Part shown: in pieces, positions 41,355 through 50,252 of the stretch
Numbering within the stretch: the stretch's first letter is position 1
How the letters are laid out: each line of letters starts with the position of its first letter
NCBI GenBank assembly: GCA_033721235.1
Contig: JAWWAY010000007.1
Span: 60,731 to 124,730 of the forward strand
Source: Pseudohongiellaceae bacterium
GTDB taxonomy: Bacteria > Pseudomonadota > Gammaproteobacteria > Pseudomonadales > Pseudohongiellaceae
DNA: 64,000 bases
Direction: 5' to 3'
Notes under the pieces: model-generated
What the model saw: only the letters and a program-made list of their open reading frames with translations
Databases searched by the model: none
Told to the model about the DNA's origin: nothing
Program-made: the position numbers and the translations under genes

Positions 41355-41756
41355 ATGAAGAAAGCTCGAATCTCTATTGCGACCTTGTTTGCGCTTGTTT
41401 TAACGGGCACAGCTGCGGCTGGCGCGGGTGCCGCACCCACTTCTCTATCAGAGGGTGTTTACACGGCTGAACAGGCCGAATCAGGTAAACCATTGTTCGA
41501 GAAAAGCTGTAATGCCTGCCACAATGCGGATTTCTATAAGACGGTATTGCAAACATGGCGCGGCGAGCCAATGCAGTACTTGTTCGAGCAGGTCATGAGT
41601 GCGATGCCAGCCGACAACCCTGGCTCCTTGTATGACACTGAATACGAGCAAATTTTCGCTCATATTCTAGAGCTTGTCGGTTTCCCCGCGGGTGACACGG
41701 AGCTTAGCTACTCCAGTGGCATGATGATGGATGTGGAAGTTGAAAGCGCTCCGTGA
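41355..41756 (+). CDS. Small periplasmic c-type cytochrome (monohaem)
   Basis: It has a signal peptide (MKKARISIATLFALVLTGTAAAGAGA) and a single CNACH haem-binding motif, with a distal Met candidate in MSAMP. The ORF-track GTG 41331 was trimmed to ATG 41355. Confidence 0.75.
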   Translation: MKKARISIATLFALVLTGTAAAGAGAAPTSLSEGVYTAEQAESGKPLFEKSCNACHNADFYKTVLQTWRGEPMQYLFEQVMSAMPADNPGSLYDTEYEQIFAHILELVGFPAGDTELSYSSGMMMDVEVESAP

Positions 41757-41772
41757 TCCCTTGTGAGATTTG

Positions 41773-41799
41773 AAAAACCCGCCTAGGCGGGTTTTTTTA
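41773..41799. terminator. Bidirectional rho-independent terminator
   Basis: AAAAACCCGCC-tagg-CGGGTTTTTTT lies between the convergent cytochrome gene and the HNH nuclease gene. Confidence 0.85.
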
Positions 41800-41809
41800 T
41801 GCCTGCAAT

Positions 41810-42499
41810 TTAGCGTTCGCACTCATCCAAGAGCTTATTAATTTTATTGCGATCCCTATTGGCTAGTTGCAGTTCATATTTCTCGGCCACTATGCGCCAT
41901 TGGCGAGCATAGGAACATTGATACTCCTTTCGGGGCAGGTAGCGACTGGGACCCCGATTTCGTTTCTTGCGAATCTCCTTGCGGTCTATGGCAATCACAT
42001 TGAGCGGATCATTTGCGAAAGCTAGTTTCTTATTGGGTGACCAGTAATCACCGCCATTATTATGGGCATATTCGAGTGGGATAATATGATCCAACGCTAG
42101 CTGTGCTGCCACGGTGAATACCTTGCCTGTGTATTCATCGAGCCATTCGCCAGTTCTTACGGTGCACTCGCGTGGATTGCTAAAACTGACGGGTACGAGG
42201 CTTGATGCCGCTAATACCTCCTGACGTGTGCTTTGACAGTCGCCATCGTAGTCCAGGTCATAAGACCAATCGTCAGGGTTGAAGAATTGACTGCGTTCGG
42301 TTGGACGATCAAAGACGCTGGTGTAGCCGGTTCGGCCTACGGGGTCGGGTTCCTGGCAGAGTGACATATGGCAGTGGTAGCCACCTGTGACGTAGTGGCC
42401 GCCGTTGTCATCGAGGCGTCCAGGGTGCCCAAGGCAGCTGGAGTGGAACAGCGCAAGCAGTAGCGCGGGAAGCACTTTGCCAGATAGTGGGATAGACAT
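41810..42499 (-). CDS. Secreted HNH / DUF1524-type nuclease with N-terminal YHYH-like motif
   Basis: It has a signal peptide, then GHPGRLDDNGGHYVTGGYHCH (YHYH-type). The C-terminal part reads LDHIIPLEYAHNNGG...NDPLNVIAIDRKEIRKKRN, resembling the His-Me finger of the GmrSD C-terminal domain (DUF1524). Confidence 0.65.
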   Translation of the reverse strand: MSIPLSGKVLPALLLALFHSSCLGHPGRLDDNGGHYVTGGYHCHMSLCQEPDPVGRTGYTSVFDRPTERSQFFNPDDWSYDLDYDGDCQSTRQEVLAASSLVPVSFSNPRECTVRTGEWLDEYTGKVFTVAAQLALDHIIPLEYAHNNGGDYWSPNKKLAFANDPLNVIAIDRKEIRKKRNRGPSRYLPRKEYQCSYARQWRIVAEKYELQLANRDRNKINKLLDECER

Positions 42500-42522
42500 G
42501 ACACCTCCTTGTGTACGTTTGC

Positions 42523-43353
42523 TTAGTCAAAGAGCATAGAGAGATCGATGGCTCTACAGTTCTTGGTGAGTGCTCCAATCGAAATAAAGTCTACCCCAGT
42601 CTCTGCAATTGGGACCAGCGTCGACTTATTCACGCCGCCTGAGGCTTCCAGCTTAGCTTGCCCTTTGTTTAGGGCGACGGCCTGCTGTAGCTGAGCAAGG
42701 GGGAAATTATCTAGCATAATAGTGTCAGCTTTAGCAGTAAGCGCTTCCCTTAACTGTTCTAAGGTCTCTACTTCGACCTCCACTGGTTTGTCCGAGTGCA
42801 ATTGTCGAGCGAGCTGGATTGCTTTGCTGATAGAGCCGCAGGCGTTGATATGATTCTCTTTGATAAGAAAAGCATCGTATAAGCCAATACGGTGGTTATG
42901 GCAGCCGCCTATTTTTACCGCGTATTTTTGCGCTGTTCTAAGCCCCGGAATGGTTTTGCGAGTATCGAGTAGTCTGACCTCAGTGTGCTTTGTCATTTGC
43001 GCGTATTCAAAGCAGATGCTTGCAGTGCCAGACAGGGTTTGAATGAAGTTGAGAATATTGCGCTCTGCGGTAAGAAGAGAGCGGGCCAGACCGCTAAGGC
43101 TTGCGATGCGCTGGTCGCTCTCAATGCTGTCCCCGTCTTGCACATGCCATTGAATGCTTGCGCTCGGGTCCACCTGTCTAAGGACCTCATTGGCCCATGG
43201 TGTGCCGCAAAAAATAGCGTTTTCTCTGGCATAAATACTCGCATTGGCCTGGGTGTCGTGGCCGATAAGTTGAGCCGTGATATCACCACTGCCTACGTCT
43301 TCACGTAGGGCGTTGCTTACGGTGGATTCGATATCTGAAGGGAGCGTAGTCAT
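42523..43353 (-). CDS. nadC: Nicotinate-nucleotide diphosphorylase (quinolinate phosphoribosyltransferase)
   Basis: 276 aa with LLDTRKTIPGLR, KENH and MLDNF motifs. It is adjacent to the pil locus, as in Pseudomonas. Confidence 0.95.
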   Translation of the reverse strand: MTTLPSDIESTVSNALREDVGSGDITAQLIGHDTQANASIYARENAIFCGTPWANEVLRQVDPSASIQWHVQDGDSIESDQRIASLSGLARSLLTAERNILNFIQTLSGTASICFEYAQMTKHTEVRLLDTRKTIPGLRTAQKYAVKIGGCHNHRIGLYDAFLIKENHINACGSISKAIQLARQLHSDKPVEVEVETLEQLREALTAKADTIMLDNFPLAQLQQAVALNKGQAKLEASGGVNKSTLVPIAETGVDFISIGALTKNCRAIDLSMLFD

Positions 43354-43382
43354 TCGGGTTCCTATGGTTTGCTTCCTTGCCT

Positions 43383-43913
43383 TTAGGGAAGCTGTCTAAG
43401 AGTGAGGCGATTGCCAGATTGGCTGAATTCTACTTTTCTTAATGCGCTCATGCCCAGTAGCGCTGTGCCCGGCCCCATGGAGGGGTTGATGCTAGCTGAG
43501 ACATCGCGCAAGTGGATGTCGCCAATGTCCAGGGTATCGATGCGGGAACGGTAGATGGTGATGGTTCCATTAGCTGTATTGGCGGCACCTCTGCCTAGTT
43601 TTTCTAGGCCAATTTCCTCGGCAAGGCTCTCTGGGATGACGACATCTGTTGCGCCAGTATCGAGCAAAAAATCGACCTCATGACCGTTGACCAAGCCTCT
43701 CAATACATAGTGTCCTTGGCGGTTTCGTTGAAGATCTATCGAAACGCTGCCGTCACTATTATGCTGGCTTTGTAATACTTGATTGGGATTGTCGCGTTGC
43801 TCCAAAGCACCATCGAAGAACATCGTTAGCAACACTAAGCCCAGAGCGAAGCTCGCCATGAGCATGCCAAGCCCTAAGGGTTTGCTAGGTTTGTTGTGGG
43901 GTGCTGAGTTCAT
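43383..43913 (-). CDS. Membrane-anchored retropepsin-like (clan AA, TIGR02281-type) aspartic protease
   Basis: It has an N-terminal TM helix followed by a single retropepsin lobe with the catalytic FLLDTGATDVVIP. Its position between nadC and ampD matches Pseudomonas synteny. Confidence 0.75.
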   Translation of the reverse strand: MNSAPHNKPSKPLGLGMLMASFALGLVLLTMFFDGALEQRDNPNQVLQSQHNSDGSVSIDLQRNRQGHYVLRGLVNGHEVDFLLDTGATDVVIPESLAEEIGLEKLGRGAANTANGTITIYRSRIDTLDIGDIHLRDVSASINPSMGPGTALLGMSALRKVEFSQSGNRLTLRQLP

Positions 43914-44094
43914 TGTTGTTCTGGTGTGTCGCTAAGTTGGAGGCAAAATTATCGCGTATCCGAGCTTGGAATAATAGGCGTGCATCGCAATCGACGTAAC
44001 GTAGCGCTAGAATGGAGAGCCAATGATGCCGGCTCGGTTTATACGGAGCCTTCGAGAGCTTTTAGTGATCGGATGAGTTTAATGGAGACAGGAT

Positions 44095-44637
44095 TTGATT
44101 AAAGATCATTGGTTGACTAGCGCCCGTCGTGTGGAGTCGCCCAATTACAATGACAGACCGGCTGGCCAGCAGGTAGAACTACTTGTCATCCATAATATTA
44201 GCTTGCCACCAGGTCAGTACGGTACTGGCTGTGTAGAGCAGTTCTTCTGCAATCGATTAGATCGTGATGCTCATGACTATTTTAAAGAGATTGCGGACTT
44301 GCAGGTATCGGCTCATGTGCTGATTGAGAGGAGCGGCGCGCTCATCCAGTTTGTCCCTTTCGATAAGCGAGCTTGGCATGCGGGCAAGTCTTCCTATAGG
44401 GGCCGTGATAACTGTAACGACTTCTCTATAGGGATTGAGTTGGAGGGATGCGATGATGAACCCTATAGCGATGTTCAATATGATACTCTCGCTAAGCTTA
44501 CCCAGATAATACAGGAGCATTATCCTGAAATATCCCCTGCCTCCATAGTGGGGCATTGCGATATTGCCCCTGGCAGAAAGACAGACCCTGGCGAATGCTT
44601 CGACTGGGACAGATACAGAAGACTTTGCGGCCAGTAG
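44095..44637 (+). CDS. ampD: 1,6-anhydro-N-acetylmuramyl-L-alanine amidase AmpD
   Basis: Amidase_2 fold with RRVESPNYNDRP, VIHNISLPPG, AWHAG and GHCDIAPGRKTDPG motifs. It starts at TTG after GGAGACAGGA. Confidence 0.93.
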   Translation: MIKDHWLTSARRVESPNYNDRPAGQQVELLVIHNISLPPGQYGTGCVEQFFCNRLDRDAHDYFKEIADLQVSAHVLIERSGALIQFVPFDKRAWHAGKSSYRGRDNCNDFSIGIELEGCDDEPYSDVQYDTLAKLTQIIQEHYPEISPASIVGHCDIAPGRKTDPGECFDWDRYRRLCGQ

Positions 44638-44666
44638 GGCGTATTCATTGTAAACGAGGGTAATAA

Positions 44667-45632
44667 ATGAGCTTTCTGGTGATACTAATAGCTCTAGTGG
44701 CTAATCATTATTGGACGCGTGATCGTGACGTGCTTAACGATACTTGGTTTCTGCGAGCTCAACAGTACTTGGATAGTCGCCTCCATGTATTACCTGATCC
44801 CTTGGCTAAATCTCCCTATTTGTATCCTTTTCTGATTTTGGCGCTACCTTGTCTCGTTCTGGCTGCGGTGCTGTGGCTTGTGGCCGGGGTGTTCTTTGGT
44901 CTGCTAAGCATGGCGGTGCATATTCTCGTTTTGCTGGCATTATTTGATCGCATTAATGTCAATAGCTTTACAGAGCGCTATCTCAAGCATTGGGATGCTG
45001 GCGACTACGAGGCGGCATTTTTGCTGCTGCAGCAACGCTGGCACCAGCTATCTTTGGATAATTGTGAAGATCCCCAAGGCGTTCATCGGGAATTTTGCCG
45101 CTTTCTAGTGGCCAGCTTTTTCGAGCGTATTTTTGCGATCGTATTCTGGTATCTGCTCCTAGGGCCTATAGGTGCCTTGTTTTACCATCTTTGTGTGCTG
45201 TATTTGAGCCGCGTATGGCGCCGCGATGATGATGGGGATTTGCTGCTATTGCGCCTTGTATACATCTTGGAATGGGTTCCCGCTCGCCTGCTCGCACTGA
45301 CATTCTCCTTGGCGGGGGATTTCGTTGTTGCTTTTGGGCGCTTGAAAGAAGTGGTGATGAGTGTGGACAGGTCGGGCGTTAGTGTCGTGTATACCTGCGC
45401 AATGGCGGCTGTCGAAGTCGGTAGTAGAGTTTTTATCGTAAGCGATGATAGTACAGCCTCTAGCAAAGAGGGACCTGAAAAAGTACTAATAGAGGCCGGC
45501 GAAGAAGATGCTAAACTGGTGCAAGTAAAAGGGCAGCAGCAGTTAAAAGAGCTTTTAGGGCTATTGAACCGTAGTCAGCTCATATGGGTTACCGCTCTAG
45601 CCCTTCTAACACTTGCAGGTTTTGGAATGTAA
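44667..45632 (+). CDS. ampE: Beta-lactamase regulator membrane protein AmpE
   Basis: 321-aa polytopic membrane protein immediately downstream of ampD. The N-terminus (MSFLVILIALVANHYW) is typical of AmpE. Confidence 0.85.
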   Translation: MSFLVILIALVANHYWTRDRDVLNDTWFLRAQQYLDSRLHVLPDPLAKSPYLYPFLILALPCLVLAAVLWLVAGVFFGLLSMAVHILVLLALFDRINVNSFTERYLKHWDAGDYEAAFLLLQQRWHQLSLDNCEDPQGVHREFCRFLVASFFERIFAIVFWYLLLGPIGALFYHLCVLYLSRVWRRDDDGDLLLLRLVYILEWVPARLLALTFSLAGDFVVAFGRLKEVVMSVDRSGVSVVYTCAMAAVEVGSRVFIVSDDSTASSKEGPEKVLIEAGEEDAKLVQVKGQQQLKELLGLLNRSQLIWVTALALLTLAGFGM

Positions 45633-45812
45633 GTTTTGTAGTTTAACTACATAACCTCGTTGAGAGGATTGAAAAATACCGCTGACTTGGGGTAAAATCC
45701 GCGCACATTGTAATTTATTTACACATCATTTGAGCAGAGAAGAGGCCACAAGCCTTATCCTGTAAACCAATTTCCCTACATGGGAACTTAAGTAAAGCGA
45801 GAAAATGAGCGT

Positions 45813-48509
45813 ATGAATCACTTCAAAGAAGATCAAGACCCTACAGAAACCAAAGAGTGGCTAGATGCCTTGGGATCTGTGATTGACCAAGAGGGTTTGG
45901 ATCGAGCCCACTTCATTTTGGCGAAGCTTTCCGAAGAAGCTACCCGAAACACCCAGAAAATGCCTTATTCTGCGGTTACCACTCCATACCGCAACACAAT
46001 TTCTCCGCTTGAAGAAGAAAAAATGCCTGGCGATATGTTCATGGAGCGTCAGATTCGCGGCATTATTCGCTGGAACGCTCTTGCAATGGTGATGCGTGCA
46101 GGCAAAAAACCTGGCGCAGAGCTAGGTGGCCATATGTCCACCTTCTCATCTGCAGCAACCCTATACGATGTTGGTTTTAACTACTTCTTCCGCGGCGCCA
46201 GCGAAGACCATGGCGGTGATCTAATCTATTTCCAAGGACACTCTTCACCTGGTATTTATTCGCGCTCCTATCTGGAAGGTCGTCTAAGTGAAGAGCAGCT
46301 TGATAACTTCCGCCAGGAAGTTAACGGCAATGGTCTGTCTTCATACCCTCATCCTTGGTTGATGCCTGACTATTGGCAGTTCCCGACAGTTTCTATGGGC
46401 TTGGGCCCTATTGCCGCTATCTACCAAGCACACGTTATGAAGTATTTGGGTAGCCGCGGTTTGATGGACAATAGCGATCGTAAAGTATGGGCTTTCTTGG
46501 GTGATGGTGAAACGGACGAGCCAGAATCTTTGGGTGCAATCGGTAAAGCTGGCCGCGAGAAACTCGACAATCTTATTTTTGTGATCAACTGTAACCTACA
46601 GCGCCTCGATGGCCCTGTGCGCGGTAATGGTAAAGTGATACAGGAGCTTGAAGGCATCTTCCGCGGTGCTGGCTGGAATGTGATTAAAGTCGTTTGGGGG
46701 CGTCACTGGGATGCCCTGTTAGCGGCTGACAAAGATGGCTTATTGCAGCAACGAATGGACGAGGTTTGTGACGGCGAATACATCAACTACTGGGGCCGAG
46801 GCGGCGCTTATACGCGTGAGCACTTCTTCGGTAAGAGCCCAGAGCTGCTGAAAATGGTTGAGCATTTGTCGGACGACGACATCATGCATCTCAACCGCGG
46901 TGGTCATGATCCGTTTAAGGTTTACGCTGCCTATAAACAAGCGACGACGGCTAATAATGGTAAACCGACAGTGATTCTAGCGAAGACGGTGAAGGGCTAT
47001 GCCTTTGGTTCGTCTGCTGAAGCGCAGAATGCGACTCACTCGGTTAAGAAGCTTGATATCGAAGGGCTTAAGAGCTTCCGTGATCGTTTTAATATTCCGA
47101 TCACAGACGAAAATTTAGAGTCAGTTCCTTACTATCGTCCGGCCGAGGATAGCGCGGAAATGCGTTATATGCGCAAGCGTCGTGCAGCCCTAGGTGGGCC
47201 TGTACCTTCGCGTCGCACTGAAGCACAAGAGATTAACGTCCCTGAATTGAGCGCCTTTGAACCTCAGCTACAAGGCTCAAAGGGTCGCGAAATTTCTACG
47301 ACCATGGCGTTCGTGCGAATTCTGACCACTTTGTGTAAAGACAAAGAAATTGGTCAACGCATCGTGCCTATCGTTCCTGACGAAGCCCGTACCTTTGGTA
47401 TGGAAGGCATGTTCCGTCAGGTTGGTATTTACTCCTCTGCGGGGCAATTATACGAGCCAGTCGACTCTAACCAAGTCATGTATTACCGTGAGGACAAGAA
47501 AGGACAGATGCTAGAGGAGGGGATTACCGAAGCCGGTGCTTTCTCCGCTTGGTTGGCTGCGGCGACTTCCTATAGTGTTAATGACTATCCATTAGTGCCT
47601 TTCTATATCTATTACTCAATGTTTGGTTTCCAGCGTATTGGCGACCTCGCTTGGGCGGCGGGTGACTCTCAAGCACGTGGCTTCCTCATTGGTGCTACGG
47701 CTGGTAGAACGACCCTTAACGGCGAGGGCTTGCAACACCAAGATGGTCATAGCCATCTTCTAGCCTCTACGATTCCAAACTGCATAAGCTATGATCCGAC
47801 TTACTCTTATGAGCTAGCGGTTATTGTTCAAGATGGACTACGACGCATGCACAAGGATAGGGAGTCGGTTTACTACTACATCACGACCATGAATGAAAAT
47901 TACGAGCACCCAGAGATGCCTGCCGGTAGTGAAGAGGCAATCATCAAAGGTATGTACTTGTTGGAAGATGGTGGCAGTAAAGAGTATAAAGTATCGGGTA
48001 AGGCAGCCACTAGTGAGCGTGTTAGGCTGCTAGGCAGCGGGACAATCTTGCGCGAGGTGCGCAAGGCTGCACAAATTCTGCGTGATGAGTACAAGGTGCC
48101 AGTTGATGTTTGGAGTGTGACAAGCTTCAACGAGTTACGTAAAGACGGTATGTCGACTACTCGTTGGAATATGATGCACCCAACTAAGAAAGAAAAAACC
48201 AGCTATGTCACTGAGTGTCTGTCAGGCGTTAAAGGCCCAGTCATTGCCTCTACCGACTACATGAAAGTACATGCTGATCAAATTCGCGAATTCGTACCAG
48301 AGTCTTACAGAGTGCTTGGTACCGACGGTTTTGGCCGTAGTGACACGCGCGAAAATCTGCGTCACTTCTTCGAGGTTGATAGCAATTTTGTGGTGCTAGC
48401 AACACTTACAGAGCTTAAAGCTCGCGGTGTTGTGACTTCGGATGCGATTGCTAAAGCTATGAAGAAAATGGGTTTAAACCAAGATAAAGCTGATCCGTTG
48501 ACAGTGTAA
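45813..48509 (+). CDS. aceE: Pyruvate dehydrogenase E1 component (homodimeric type)
   Basis: 898 aa, starting DPTETKEWLDAL, with the ThDP motif GDGETDEPES...NCNLQRLDGPVRGN. Confidence 0.97.
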   Translation: MNHFKEDQDPTETKEWLDALGSVIDQEGLDRAHFILAKLSEEATRNTQKMPYSAVTTPYRNTISPLEEEKMPGDMFMERQIRGIIRWNALAMVMRAGKKPGAELGGHMSTFSSAATLYDVGFNYFFRGASEDHGGDLIYFQGHSSPGIYSRSYLEGRLSEEQLDNFRQEVNGNGLSSYPHPWLMPDYWQFPTVSMGLGPIAAIYQAHVMKYLGSRGLMDNSDRKVWAFLGDGETDEPESLGAIGKAGREKLDNLIFVINCNLQRLDGPVRGNGKVIQELEGIFRGAGWNVIKVVWGRHWDALLAADKDGLLQQRMDEVCDGEYINYWGRGGAYTREHFFGKSPELLKMVEHLSDDDIMHLNRGGHDPFKVYAAYKQATTANNGKPTVILAKTVKGYAFGSSAEAQNATHSVKKLDIEGLKSFRDRFNIPITDENLESVPYYRPAEDSAEMRYMRKRRAALGGPVPSRRTEAQEINVPELSAFEPQLQGSKGREISTTMAFVRILTTLCKDKEIGQRIVPIVPDEARTFGMEGMFRQVGIYSSAGQLYEPVDSNQVMYYREDKKGQMLEEGITEAGAFSAWLAAATSYSVNDYPLVPFYIYYSMFGFQRIGDLAWAAGDSQARGFLIGATAGRTTLNGEGLQHQDGHSHLLASTIPNCISYDPTYSYELAVIVQDGLRRMHKDRESVYYYITTMNENYEHPEMPAGSEEAIIKGMYLLEDGGSKEYKVSGKAATSERVRLLGSGTILREVRKAAQILRDEYKVPVDVWSVTSFNELRKDGMSTTRWNMMHPTKKEKTSYVTECLSGVKGPVIASTDYMKVHADQIREFVPESYRVLGTDGFGRSDTRENLRHFFEVDSNFVVLATLTELKARGVVTSDAIAKAMKKMGLNQDKADPLTV

Positions 48510-48566
48510 TAGCGGTTTTTGGTTCGCGAGACAAACATGAACAGAACAATTCAGGAGCATTGATCA

Positions 48567-50183
48567 GTGCCAGTTGAAAGTATAAAGGTGCCAAATCTAG
48601 GTGATTCGGCAGAGGTAGAGGTGATCGAGGTCTTGGTGGAAGCCGGACAAACGATCAGCGAAAACGATTCGCTTATTGTTCTAGAGAGCGATAAAGCAGC
48701 CATGGAAATCCCAGCGCCTAAGAGCGGTGTTGTGAAGAGCATTTCTGTTAAGTTGGGAGATGAGGTCTCTGAAGGCGATGAGATCCTTATGTTGGAAGTT
48801 GAAGGGGAGGAGGCTGCTGCGCCAGAGCCCGAACCTGAGAAAGCGCCAGCACCAGAGCCAGAGCCCGCAGCGGCCGCCCCGGCTCCCGCTGCAGAGCCCG
48901 CCAGCAGTTCGGTTGAAACCATTACGGTTCCTGACTTAGGGGGTGACAGTGACGTGGAAGTGATTGAACTTCATGTCGCTATTGGTGACGAAATCGATGT
49001 AGAAGACCCATTGGTTACATTGGAGTCTGACAAAGCAGCGATGGAAGTGCCAACACCCAAAGCAGGTAAAGTCACTGGCGTTCATCTTAAAGTGGGTGAC
49101 TCGGTCTCTATGGGCTCGGCCATTATTGAGTTGGAAGTTTCCGGTGCTGCTGCGTCAGCGCCTGCTCCGGCGGCCGCGCCAGAACCATCCCCAGCACCTG
49201 CGCAGCCAAAAGCCGCTGCAGCTGCTCCAGCCCCAGCACAAAAAGTTGCTGAAGTGCCCAATATCGAAGCGCCAAATGCTGGCTCAAGTGTTTATGCCGG
49301 GCCTGCGGTGCGAAAACTCGCCCGTGAACTAGGCGTAGATTTAGGCCAAGTAAAAGGCTCAGGCGCTAAGAGCCGAATCTTAAAAGAAGATATTCACGCC
49401 TTCGTGAAGGCTAAGCTTCAGGCGCCTGCGGCCAGTGGTGCCGGTGCAATGCTCAGTGCCGTTCCTGATATCGATTTTAGCCAGTTTGGTGAAATTGAAG
49501 AAGTTCCAATGAGTAAGCTGCATAAGGTCACAGCCGCTAATATGCAGCGCAATTGGTCTACAGTTCCTCACGTCGCCCAATTTAATGAGGCCGATATCAC
49601 GGACTTGGAAGAGTTTAGAGCGCAGATGCGCGGTGAGGCAGATAAGCGAGGAGTGAAGCTAACATTCCTGCCATTCTTGCTGAAAGCTTGCGCCAAAGTT
49701 TTGCAGGAATATAAGCAGTTTAATGTGTCCTTACACTCTTCGGGTGAGTACCTTATTCAGAAGAGTTATATACACATTGGTGTAGCGGTGGCTACCGAGG
49801 CTGGTCTGGTTGTTCCTGTCATTCGTGACGTGGACAAGAAGTCTATTTGGGAGCTAGCAGAAGAAGTTATTGAGATGAGTAATAAGGCCAAGAATCGTCG
49901 TCTTACTAAAGACGATATGCAAGGGGCCTGTTTTACCATTTCAAGTTTGGGTGCTCTAGGCGGCACTGGCTTTATACCAATCGTTAATGCGCCTGAAGTT
50001 GCGATTTTGGGAGTATCAAAGACGCAAACTAAGCCGGTTTATATTGATGGTCAACTACAGCCAAGAAAAATGCTGCCATTGACTCTCTCTTACGATCACC
50101 GCGCCGTAAACGGGGTTGATGGTGGTATGTTTGCGACTTATCTTGCTCAGCTGCTAGGTGATATAAGACAGCTAGCTCTGTAA
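48567..50183 (+). CDS. aceF: Dihydrolipoyllysine-residue acetyltransferase (PDH E2), two lipoyl domains
   Basis: It has two lipoyl domains with ESDKAAMEIP / ESDKAAMEVP, Ala/Pro-rich linkers, a peripheral subunit-binding domain (AGPAVRKLARELGVDL) and the catalytic motif SYDHRAVNG. It has a GTG start. Confidence 0.96.
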   Translation: MPVESIKVPNLGDSAEVEVIEVLVEAGQTISENDSLIVLESDKAAMEIPAPKSGVVKSISVKLGDEVSEGDEILMLEVEGEEAAAPEPEPEKAPAPEPEPAAAAPAPAAEPASSSVETITVPDLGGDSDVEVIELHVAIGDEIDVEDPLVTLESDKAAMEVPTPKAGKVTGVHLKVGDSVSMGSAIIELEVSGAAASAPAPAAAPEPSPAPAQPKAAAAAPAPAQKVAEVPNIEAPNAGSSVYAGPAVRKLARELGVDLGQVKGSGAKSRILKEDIHAFVKAKLQAPAASGAGAMLSAVPDIDFSQFGEIEEVPMSKLHKVTAANMQRNWSTVPHVAQFNEADITDLEEFRAQMRGEADKRGVKLTFLPFLLKACAKVLQEYKQFNVSLHSSGEYLIQKSYIHIGVAVATEAGLVVPVIRDVDKKSIWELAEEVIEMSNKAKNRRLTKDDMQGACFTISSLGALGGTGFIPIVNAPEVAILGVSKTQTKPVYIDGQLQPRKMLPLTLSYDHRAVNGVDGGMFATYLAQLLGDIRQLAL

Positions 50184-50196
50184 GCTATTACACGAA

Positions 50197-50234
50197 AAGC
50201 CCTAAGCGTGCTAAGGCGTGCTTAGGGCTTTTTT
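50197..50234 (+). terminator. Rho-independent terminator after aceF
   Basis: AAGCCCTAAGC-12 nt loop-GCTTAGGGCTT followed by TTTTT. Confidence 0.8.
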
Positions 50235-50252
50235 GTGCGCGTAAGAAAAGTG

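Noticed and set aside
48551-48922. 123-aa minus-strand ORF overlapping the aceF 5' region
   Set aside because: It is antisense to the Ala/Pro linker of E2, and its translation is low-complexity Gly/Ala/Ser.
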